Positions 37,001 through 49,000 of a stretch of DNA of 64,000 bases are shown here, one piece after another (the first letter of the stretch is position 1; every line of letters begins with the position of its first letter). The notes under the pieces were generated by a model. It had not been told where the DNA came from. It worked only from the letters and a program-made list of their open reading frames with translations, and did no database searches. Origin of the DNA: Podarcis cretensis (taxonomy: Eukaryota); NCBI GenBank assembly GCA_951804945.1, contig OX638161.1, forward strand, positions 1,178,001-1,242,000, given 5' to 3'. Made by a program: the position numbers and the translations under genes.

Positions 37001-40000
37001 GTTTTTATTCATTCCTTGTATGACTCTGTTCTTCCTTCTCCTTGTGAGTATTATGCCCTGTGGGCAGATCCATACTTTAGGGATGTAGATGGGTATAGAG
37101 AGAAGAACTCTAAGCAGCAGCGTCAAAATGCCACAAACCGGTAAGGATGCTGCCTCTTGATGCTTTTGTTGAAACCTCAGCTGTGTGCACGACACAAACA
37201 CAGTGATTGTCGGTGATAACTCCATCTTCTTAACTTTGCTACAGTAATATAAAGCTTGCAGTGGGGGAGAGGGCCTTGGTCTCATTTGAGGCCTGAGTGA
37301 TTCTAATCAAACTTTCTCATGAAAGCATGAGAGGTGGCGGACTCCCCTTCCTTGGCGGTTTTAAGAAGAGGTTGGATGGCCCCCTGTCATGGATTACCTA
37401 GCTGAAATCTTGCAGGGGGTTGGACTGGATACCCGTGGAATCCCTTCCAACCCTAAAATCCTATTATTCTAAATTTTAAACCAGCGTGATTCTAAAAATG
37501 TGTTGTGATCTCCAACGGCAGACCTGTTTGTTCATTCGCTGCTCCTCCCTTCCTTTCTAGAAACTGATCCTTTCTGAAACCACCATCTTTGATGTCCTGC
37601 CTACTTTCTTCTATCACTCCAACCAGGTGGTCCGCATGGCAGCCCTTGAGGTAAAAGGGAGGATGGCAAAGGCTAGAGTAGGGTAGTGCTTGAATGGAAC
37701 ACAGTGACATTTTTCCCCCTTTCAAAAAAGGGAGGGTGCTCTTGTAGCATTGATGGCAGCTGCATAGTTTGGGGCAACTGCTGGCAGCCTGGGGATGAAT
37801 GCATGCAGCATTCATGATCTGAAGGGTGGGTTCTCGTTCATAGAACAGTAGGGCTGGAAGAGAGGGACCCAAAGGGTCGCCTAGCCCAAACCCCTGCCAT
37901 TCACAGATGCGTTGCAGCACTCACACGACGTCATTGACATCCAGTTCCAACCTGCATTTCCCCACCCACTCCAGATGTGCCCTTTCTGGGGGAAATCCAA
38001 GAAGCAAAACCACCACCACCCCAACCTGTGGCCAGAACCCCCATTTGGGGAGCAGTATTCTGTTCTTCACCTGTCATTGGAATTCCCTTCTTTCCTCCCC
38101 AGGTGTACGTGAGGAGAGCCTACATCGCCTATGAGCTGAACAGCCTCCAGCATCGCCAGCTCACGGACGGCACCTGCGTGGTGGAATTCCAGTTCATGCT
38201 GCCATCGTCCCATCCAAACAGGTGGGCTTAGCCAAGAGCCAGAGACCGACCGTCTTGCACTGGCTCCCTGGGGCTTTGGGGGCTCTTTAACATGTGTGCA
38301 TGTGAGGACCTTTGGTGCAGAAGGAAACTGGACAAGGGCAGGCTGGAAAGGAGGTGTGGGCATGGGAGCAGAGCTACCGGAAGGTCCCAGGTTCAGTCCC
38401 TGGCCTCTCCACCTGAGACCTTGGATAGCCACTGCTGATTGGAGCAGGTGGCTCAGTGGCTGGGCATGAGGTATAAGGAAGCTTTGTGTGTCTTCTTTCA
38501 GAGGCAGCAGCCCCGCCCTGAGCAGGTAGAGTGTCTGGTTCTTTACACTGTGCAGCATGAGTGGCAATGTAAAAAGAATAACCGGCCTGCAAGTGCGTGT
38601 ACGACTCCTTGCCTACCTTTCCCTGGTTCTTTCATTCATTCTGGGCTTGCTAACTAATTTGCTTTTTGGTAAGCATGTGAAAGGGGTCTTTCTTCCGGGA
38701 TCATGGGATTATGATTATTTTTTTACGTCTTCTTGGTCCCTGCTATGAAGCTTAGAAGTGAGTATCAAAATCTCCAGGTGGAAATAAGAAGCCAGCATTT
38801 GTGGCCTCAGGGCCACACTGGGAGCAAGGACTTTCAAGGGCTGAGATGAGCTGTGCGCAGCCACCTGCTGTGACCTGTCCTGGGTCAGCCTTCTATCCAT
38901 GCTGGGAGTTGTGGGATCATCATCATGAGCTGTGAAATCTCCAAGGCGGCAGGAGGGAGGGCTGCCTGCCCTGGGGGATCTGTGGTGCTGCTGCAGCACT
39001 CCTGTTTCCTTTACGAGAATAGCCGTAACCCCCTGAGTCATCCAAGAGTCCTGTCTCCATGACTCTGGGGCTCTGCTGTGCCTGATTCTTCCCTTCCTTT
39101 GCGGGTAGGATGTCTGTGCCCATAAGCATCTCGAACCCCGACTTAGCCCGACACAGCACTGAACTCTTCATGGACAGCGGCTTTTCTCCTCTTTGCCAGC
39201 GGATGGGGGCCATGGTGGCTTTTGACAGATTTGGAGACTTCACCAGGTAGCTGAACAGCCATGTTTTGGGAGGAATGTGTTGTGACCCTTGCCTTCTGAA
39301 TGTCACCAAACAGCTAGACCACATTCACACCGTACCTATGACGTGCTTACGATACCACTTTAAATAGTTATGATGTCTCCCAAAGTATTCTGAGAGCTGC
39401 TGTTTGTTCAGGGTGCTGAGAGCTGTTGGGAGGCCCCTGATCCCTTCCCAGCTACAATTCCCAGAACTCCCTTTGAAGAAGGATTGATTGCTAAACCGCT
39501 CTGTGAATTGTAGCTCTCTTCCAAATTATCCTGTGTGTAGCATCCTGGGGGCAGCACAGAAGTCTTTATTAACCACCAGTCATTCCCAGGAAAGAATGTA
39601 GTTCTAGCCATTCTGTTTTGTTTTTTTTTATAATATTTTTTATTAATTTTCCAATTTTTAACAAAAAACAACAACAACAACACACAAACATCAACAAGTA
39701 CAAACACATACAAAGATATCATTTCTTAACCTCATTTTCATAAACCTCTTTTCTCGGACTTCCCCATACCTCACCCTTTTTGCATCCTTATTTTACAGTT
39801 TTTCAACAACTCTTTTTGCCAATTTAGTTTAAGCTCATTATCATTCTCAATTTTACCTTAGATCATCAAACAGTTTTAGCTGCAATTCTGCATCTCCCTT
39901 CCCCTTGACATTTTATCACTCCTCTATTTTACAACAGTTCTTAAGATATACTTTAAACTTCTTCCAATCTTCCTCCACTGTCTCTTTCTCTTGGTCGCGG

Positions 40001-43000
40001 ATTCTGCCGGTCATTTCTGCCAGTCCCATAAAGTCAATCACTTTCGTCTGCCATTCTTCCAGTGTGGGTAGTTCTTGTGTCTTCCAATACTTTGCTAAAA
40101 GGATCCTTGCTGCTGTAGTGGCGTACATAAAAAAAGTCTTATCCCTCCTTAACACCAACTGGCCGACCATGCCCAGGAGAAATGCCTCCGGTTTCTTGTG
40201 AAAAGTACACTTAAGTACCTTCTTAATTTCATTATAAATCATTTCCCAGAAGGCCTTAATCCTTGGGCAGGTCCACCAAAGGTGAAAGAAGGTACCTTCA
40301 GCTTCATTACATTTCCAACATTTATTATTGGGCAGATGATAAATCTTCGCAAGCTTGACTGGGGTCATGTACCACCTATAAATCATTTTCATAATATTTT
40401 CTTTTAAGGCATTACATGCCGTAAATTTAATACCGGTGGTCCATAACTGTTCCCAGTCAGCAAACATAATGTCATGACCTATGTCCTGTGCCCATTTGAT
40501 CATAGCTGGCTTAACAGTTTCATCTACTGTATTCCACTTCAGCAACAGGTTATACATTCTTGATAAATTCTTAGTATTGGGTTCTAACAATTCTGTTTCT
40601 AGTTTCAATTTCTCCACCTGGAATCCAATTTTCCTGTCTTGTTTAAAAGTCTCCATTATTTGATAATAATGGAGCCAATCTCGTACTTTAGACTTTATTT
40701 TCTCATAGCTCTGTAGTTTAAATTTACCACTTTCCTGTTCTAAAATTTCAAAATATTTTGGCCATTTAGATTCCATGTTGAGTTTCTTCACCTCTTTGGC
40801 TTCCATAGGTGATAACCACCTAGGGGTTTTATTTTCCAACAAATCCTTATATCGAATCCAAACATTGTATAGTGCTTTCCTAACAATATGGTTTTTGAAA
40901 CCTTTATGAACTTTAACCTTGTCATACCATATATATGCATGCCACCCAAATCTATTGTCAAATTCTTCCAAATCCAAGATGTCTGTATTCTCAAGAAGTA
41001 GCCAATCTTTCAGCCAGCAGAAAGCTGCCGATTCATAGTACAATCTTAAGTCCGGCAGGGCAAACCCCCCTCTTTCTTTTGCATCAGTGAGTATCTTAAA
41101 TTTTATTCTGGGCTTTTTGCCCTGCCAGACAAATTTAGATATATCTTTCTGCCACTTCTTGAAGCAATCTAATTTATCCACAATTTGTAATGTCTCTAGC
41201 CATTCTGTTCAAGATTGCTGTATCTTCAAAGACGCTTTGGAGGGTTTCTGTTTAAGACCAGGTCTATTTGTATACCCACCATGTTGCATACAGTTTGTCT
41301 GATTCTGCCCCCATTCCTTTTATGCTCTGAGTTATTTTCTCAACAACTGTCACTTTCCAGACATTTTTATACCATAAGTCAAGCGACAGCCCTTGTAAGG
41401 ACTTCCAGGTTTAGATAGCCAAGCGGCCACTGAAAAAACAGCCAGTCAGTCCTTATTCTTCACATTGGCATTTAGGCCCTCTCATTCCTGCTTTGATTCT
41501 TCTGCTCCCTGTTTTCTCTTTTGTGCCAGAAACTTTGATGAGGTCATTTCCTGTTTTGCCGACCCCAACCCTTCTGAGAGCCCCTTGTTCAGTGAGGTGA
41601 GGGCCACGCTGTACGATGAAGAAGACAGCAAGGTGAGCGACTTGTGGGCCTCCAAGGAGCTCAAGGTGGCATACAAGGTTTCTCCCTTCCTCATTTAATC
41701 CCCACAACAACCCTGTGAGGTAGGTTAGGCTGAGAGGCAGCGACTGCCAGTCAGCTTCATGCCCAAGTGGGGATTTGAACTCTGGTCTCCCAAGTCCTAG
41801 TCCAACATTCCACGCTGGCGCGCCAATAAGTGGGGAAGGCAGAATGCCCAAGTCAGCCTCTGCCACCCTGTTCCTTGTCCAACTGCAACACAACAGTCCT
41901 GCAGTGCTGCCAATGGATCTTACTCTCCAGTAGTTGCTGCCACCATCCTCCTGTGAAGAAAGGGTCTACTACAGGAGAGTAATACCTATGGGCAGCACTG
42001 CAGGGCTGTTGTGTTGCAGTTGGGCAACAAATGGGGTGGGAGAGCCTCTGTGGGGCTTCACCCCTTTGCCACCCTCCCACTTACTCTTGCAGCCCAGATG
42101 GGAGGGAACCTGGGAGGCACTAAAGCACTTACTTTTAGGAAGGCTCCAAGCCATGGCACCATGGCATTTGTTCAGCCTGCACAGACATTTCTGGGGAAAG
42201 CAGAGCTAACTTCCAGCTGCCTTATCTTAATCCAAGACCAAAGCAGCTTGCCTGTTTCCCTGGCAGACACCCCCCACCACTTCCTAAGCCCCAGCAACTT
42301 TGAGGCCAGTACACCCTGCGTCTCCCAGACAGTTACTATGGTTGTCACTGTAACTGACCGTGTGGCTTTGCCGTTTCCAGAACCTCCGAGAGGAGCCCAT
42401 CCATATCCTGAATGTTGCAATTCGGTGGGCAGAGCACCATGAAGATGAGGAGCTGGTGCCCGTCTTCAGAGCCTTCGCTCAGTCCAAGGTTTTGTGCCTT
42501 CCACTTCACTCTGGGGACTGGCAGGAAAAACAGAATGGGTCTTGGGCTTCTTTGGAAACACATTTGAGAATCCTGGGAAATGTAGTTTGTTAAAGCTGCT
42601 GTGAGGGGGTTCCTAGAAGCTCCCAGCCCCCTTAACAAACACAGTGTGTGTGTCAGGTCCTTCATTCAGGTGAAGAAGGAGATGCGTTGTGCCCCGACAG
42701 CCATGCATTAGGCAGATAGCCCCCTTGTTTTTAGCAGCTTGCTTTCCATTTTTGGGCTGCGAACTCTTGCCATGTTTGTGCAGGGAGGTGGGGGCGCAGC
42801 TACACACATCCCATTTGTTCCCCGCAAAAAAATGCATTTGTTGAGCTGGTTTTTGGACTCAAGGGTGCACATTGAATGATGAATCCGACTACATCACCAG
42901 CTGCAGATCCTCAAGGCCAACGCTGGCTCCTGCTCAAGGCAAAGCCATGCCTACATTGATGCTGTCTGAGCCGATGGTTTGTGTTGCTGTTCCCTGAAAG

Positions 43001-46000
43001 ATCAACTATTTTGCCCTTGGAGGGTGTCATGTCTGTGGGAAGTTTCTCCTAGGCTCACTCACACCTTTGCCTCTGTTCTCTTCTTGGTCTGTTCTCCATA
43101 CAGAACAACATCCTTGTTGAATGTGGGCTCCGAAGAATCACATTTTTGATAACACAGCAGGTCAGTGAAAGTGATGGAATTTCATTTTGGGGTTTTTAGG
43201 ATTGGTGGGTTATTTTCTTTAAAAAGAAGACAAGGCACTAAAGGAATGTTGTTATCGGTTGTTCTTGTATCCCACTTTTCTTCCCGAAGGAGCCCAGTTC
43301 TCTGTAGTGGGGGGAGGGGGCTTCTCCTTCTCCTTGTTTATGACTTTTGCTTTCCGTTGCAGAGGGAATTTCCCAAGTTCTTCACATTCCGGGCACGAGA
43401 TAAGGTGAGTTGGCCCAGGTGGTTTTGTACATGGAAGTTAGCTTAGCTTGCGCACTGCCAAGACCAACAGGTGCTTGTCCCACTTTCCTGGCAGTTTGCC
43501 GAAGACCGCATCTACCGCCACTTGGAGCCGGCGTTGGCCTTCCAGCTGGAGCTGAACCGCATGCGCAACTTTGACCTGACAGCAGTGCCTTGCGCCAACC
43601 ACAAGATGCACCTTTACCTGGGTGCCGCCAAGGTGGAGGAAGGCGCTGAAGTCACAGACTACAGGTTTTTTGTCCGTGCCATTGTCAGACACTCGGACCT
43701 GATCACCAAGGTAAGCCTCAGGGCTGAGCCAAGGGAAGCTGTCGGGGTGTGTGTGTGCAAGAAGTGGAAGAGGGGCCAGGAGCGAAGCGTCTGCTGAGGT
43801 CAGCTCAGCCCGAAAGCAGGCATTTTAACCAGGCTCCTGCCTGGCTCTTTATAGCACTGTGAAGCCTCTTCTTTTCTGCTTTGAGGGTCTTTCCTTTCTC
43901 TCTCTGATGTGGCGCTTCCTCTGCCCTCTCTCTGGGACAGGAAGCCTCGTTTGAATACTTGCAGAACGAGGGTGAGCGGCTGCTCCTGGAGGCCATGGAT
44001 GAGCTGGAAGTGGCCTTCAGCAACACGAGTGTCCGCACCGACTGCAACCACATCTTCCTCAACTTCGTCCCCACCGTCGTCATGGATCCCTCCAAGGTCT
44101 GAGCCTTGCTTGCTTCCCTTTCTGGTAAACACCTAAGAAGGGCTCTTGCAGATGGGACAGACCAAAGGGGGCTCATCTCATCCAGCGCCCTGCTGCTCAC
44201 AGTAGCCAACCAGATGCCTCTTCCGGGAAGCCCACCACCACCATCAGCAGCAGCAGCAGCAGCAGTCTTCCGACACACCTTTGTGTTTGTGTGTTATTAG
44301 TTAAAGTACCGTGGTACCTTGGTTCTTGAAGAAAATCCATTCTGGAAGCTCATTCAGCTTCCAAAACGTTTGAAAACCGAGGTGTGACTTCCCATTGGTT
44401 GCAAGAGCTTCTTGCACTCAGCGGAAGCCGCATTGTACGCTTGGGTTCTGAAAAATGTTTGAAAATGGAAGCGTTCACTTCTGGGTCTTCGGTGTTCAAG
44501 AATTGAAGCGTACGACAATGGAGGCATTTGGGAACCGAAGTCCCACTGTATTTTCTAATCTGCAGTGCTTCTGAATGACCGGTGCTGGAAACTGCAGGAG
44601 GGGAGAGGGCTGCTCTTGTGCTTGGATCCTGCTTGCTCCTTTCCCATTGGGGCATCTGGCTGGCCCCTGTGAGAGCAGGATGCTCGACCAGATGGGCCAT
44701 GGGCCTGATCCAGCAGGCTCTGCCTGCATTCTTAACATTCTTAAAAGAATATTATCAGTCTGATTATGTTGGTGGCACCCCCAGATTGAGGAATCGGTGC
44801 GCTCCATGGTGATGCGCTACGGGAGCCGTCTGTGGAAACTCCGGGTCCTGCAAGCCGAAGTGAAGATCAACATCCGCCTGACGCCAACTGCCCAGGCCAT
44901 CCCCATCCGCCTCTTTCTCACAGACGAGTCGGGCTACTACCTGGATATCAGCCTCTACAAGGAGGTCAACGACCCCAGCACGGGAAATGTAGGTTTCTTG
45001 CATGTGCCAGAGATGATGGAATGTTTGTGTACGCTACTCCTTTGTTCTTGCATTTTTGTTCTCTGCACCAATCATGACCACATAGTATAAAGTGGGATAT
45101 CTCCCTCCGTCGCTCTGTTAGCTGAGTGGCAGAGCAGCTGTTTTGCATGCCAAGGGCTCCTGGTTCAGTCCCCTGACTGAACCCCTGGAGAACTGCTGCT
45201 CTTCAGAGGAGGCCAGGGAGGGAGGACATTGGTGGCTCTCCAAAGGTTGTTGGACTCAACTCCCATCTGCCTTGGACAACCAATAGTCAGGGAGAGCGGG
45301 AGTCATTGCCCAGCACCACCTGAATGGCCACAGGGGCTCCTACTGGGCCTTATAGACACTGGCAGCCTTCGGTGATGTCTCCTGCAGCCCCCAAAGAATT
45401 TGCGCTTGCAAATGTTGGAACAGAATGTGAGAGGACAGAGGAGCTGCTGCTCTCTTGCTATCCTTGCCAGCCCTGTCTTCTGTCTCCTCCTACTCTAAGT
45501 GCCTCTCGGCATTTCACAGCCTTTTCTTTGCCTGAAGGAAATGTTGCCTCATTAAGAAAAGTAACTTTGGAGAGGGAAGTGAATAGGTACATGGTCAGTG
45601 CTCCCTTTTCTATCCCCCAGCTGTTTCCTGTTTGAGTTGTAGGTTAGTTAAAAATGGGAATTTCAGAAATCAGAACACAAGGGCCAGCTCCGCAGCAGAC
45701 CTTTAAAGTGCTATGATACCCCTATAAACAGACATGGCTTCCCCCAAAGAATTCTGGGAACTGTGGGTGCTGAGAGTTGTCAGGAGACTCCTGTTCCCCT
45801 CAAAGAGCTACCGTTTGCAGAGTGGTTTAACAATCAATCCCTCTTCCCAGAGCACTCTGGGAAATTGTGGCTCCGTGGAGAGAATGGGGGATCTCCCGAC
45901 AGCCAGGCGTGTTTCAAGTGGCATCATAGCACTTTAAATGTATGGAGCGAATGTGGCCAAGTTCTGCCCCTCACAAACTCTCTTGCCAGGTTTGGAACAG

Positions 46001-49000
46001 CTTTGATTTCACAAGTGTAGAAGTCTGCGGGGAAGAGTGAGGAGGAGGTGGCCTGATGCTGTGCTTTGCCTCCTGGACTAGATCATGTTCCACTCCTATG
46101 GAGACAAGCAAGGGCCTCTGCACGGTATGCTCATCAACACTCCGTACGTCACCAAAGACCTGCTTCAATCCAAGCGCTTTCAGGCCCAGTCGCTCGGCAC
46201 CACCTACGTCTACGACTTCCTTGAGATGTTCCGGCAGGTGAGCTGAGGACGAGGCCCCCACATCTCCTTCTGTTGGATCAGGGAAATGCTTTGTAATTGG
46301 GAAGAGCAGGCTCCAGTTCAGCCCAGAGGCTTCACAAACCAGAAGAGGGATTGTGCACACTGCTGCACACACAGCCCCCATCTCACAGTTAGCTCTGGTC
46401 AGAAAGGTGTTTGAGGTTTACATTACTTATTTTTAAAAACCCTCTAGTCCCTGTTTCTCCAGAACTGATAGTGAGACACAACTGCGGGAGTACATGGAGG
46501 GGGGGAGGGAGGCAGCGCTGCTTTGGTCTGACTGCAGCCCTTAGAGCAGCAGTGGGGAGTCCGTCGCCTCCAGGCTTCCAGACGGCTTCTCCCTTCTTCC
46601 TTGGTCCTTCTGGCTGGGAAGGCGAGTCAAAGCTGGAAAGCCACTGGATTCTCACCCCACTGCAGAAGCTGGGCCAGGAATCCTTGACACACTGGATCTT
46701 CTGGAGTAAGAAAGAGTGGCACTCTGTTGTTTTGCTCATGGCTCCTTGTTTTCAAAAACGACTCTCATGTTGGTTCCTCTTTAGGCTCTGTTCAAATTGT
46801 GGGGTTCCACGGAAGCAGACCCTGCAGATGTCCTGACCTACACAGAATTAGTGCTGGATTCTCAGGGGCAGCTGGTACAGATGAACAGGCTGCCTGGAGG
46901 AAATGAGGTAGGGCCATGGAAAAGGCAAATCCCCCACTAGGAAAGGAACTGAAAACTGCCAACATCATAATGCCATTGGTTTGATTTACAGATAGGTAGC
47001 CGTGTTGGTCTGCCATAGTCAAAACAAAATAAAAAAATTCCTTCCAGTAGCACCTTAAAGACCAACTAAGTTAGTTCTTGGTATGAGCTTTTGTGTGCAT
47101 GCACACTTCTTCAGATACACTGAAACAGAAGTCACCAGACCCTTCTATATAGTGAGAAGGTGGGGAGGGGTATTACTCAGAAGGGTCACCCCTTGCTTTT
47201 TCCTGTAAGACCTATTGCAGTCGTTAAGAGTCGTCAACAGGCTCATCACAGCTATCTGCCAATCACCCAGTCCCACCACCCTTCTGAGTAATACCCCTCC
47301 CCACCTTCTCACTATATAGAAGGGTCTGGTGACTTCTGTTTCAGTGTATCTGAAGAAGTGTGCATGCACACAAAAGCTCATACCAAGAACTAACTTAGTT
47401 GGTCTTTAAGGTGCTACTGGAAGGAATTTTTTTATTTTGTATTGGTTTGATTAATTACTTTTATATTCCACCTTTTCCTCCAAGGAGCTCAAGGTGACAA
47501 ACCTGGTTCTTTCCCTCATTTTATCCCCACAACAATCCTATGAGGTAGGTTGGGTTGAGAGGCACTGACTGGCCCAAGGTCACCCTGAGTGGGGATTTGA
47601 ACCCTAGTCTCACCCTGTTACCACTACAACAGTAGGTGGTGCAAGAACATTTGGAATGTTGTGTGCAGTTCTGATCACTTCCCCTCAAAGAGAACATTGT
47701 AGAGTTAGAAAAGGTTCAGAAAAGGACAACCAATATGATCAAGGAGTTGGAGCAAGGTATAGAGAAAATGCGAGTGAGAGGCAGCATGAGAGAAGCTATG
47801 GAACAAACTCCCACCAGAGGCAGTGATGGCACTGGGTAAATTCCTGGGGGAGGGGGCTATCGAGGCCTACTAGCCACAAGGGCTATTATCTGTCTCCAGG
47901 GTCAGAGGCAGCAGTGCTTCTGAATCCCACTTGCTGGAAGCCACAGGACGGAAGAGAGCTCTGGCGCTCAGGTCCTGCTTGGCAGGGTTTCCCTTTGGGC
48001 TGTCTGGTTGGCCCCTGTGAGAACAGGAGGCTGGACTAGATGGATGGGCCGCTTTGGCCTTATCCAGCTTAATATGCCCTTATGGCAAAGGTGCAGGCAA
48101 AGAAGCTGGCTCTTGGCTCTCTAGATCCAGTATTTTCGCTGCTGAGGTAGGGCTGTTGCTAAACCCTCAAGGAGGCCCACTGAGGAGAGATGGGGAAGCT
48201 GGATAATGCTCTCAGACAAATGACCTCATTGGCTTTTGCTGTTCACTAAACCATAACCATAACACTTGCTATTCTTTGAAAGCAATCAGTGTCAGCTTTG
48301 TGGACAAAACCTCCAGAACATACAGATGGTAATTTCTTCACCTCTCCTTCTTCCTCAATATCCTTCCAGATTGGGATGGTGGCCTTCAAGATGAAGATGA
48401 AGACCCCTGAGTACCCCCGAGGCCGTGACATTGTGGTCATTAGCAATGACATCACCTACAAGATCGGGTCGTTTGGGCCGGAGGAAGACCTCCTCTTCCT
48501 GCGCGCTTCAGAGCTGGCGCGCAGCGAAGGCATCCCCAGGATCTACATTGCAGCCAACAGTGGGGCCCGCATTGGGTTTGCTGATGAGATCAAGCACAAG
48601 TTCCAGGTGGGCTGGGTGGATCCTGCAGAGCCATACAAGGTATGTGGCTTCCTGGCAGATCCCCCCTCCCCCCAAAAAGAGAGTTTCACTAGGGTAGAAT
48701 CCTGAGACATTTTGTGGGGGGGGGGTTGCGGATAGGTACAGTTCTCAATGAGATCCACTTGTCTCCTGGAGCTTCCCTGAGTGTGTGCAGAGCCCTGTGT
48801 GAGGGTCTCCTCCTCAAGGGACAGCAGCCTCTCCTCTGGGCTGCAATCCCATCTCCACCTTGCAGAAAGCAGCCATTGCAAGTGGAAGCTAGGACCCACA
48901 GGAAGCCAGTCCTTTTTAATGCAGCACATAGTTAAAGGATGGAATTCTTTTGCATAGGAGGTAATGAGGGCCACCCACCTGGATGACTTTAAAGGAGGTT

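Noticed and set aside
38222-39108. ACACA-like 24-nt alternative micro-exon between exons 27 and 28
   Set aside because: No convincing AG-bounded, phase-compatible micro-exon found by eye.
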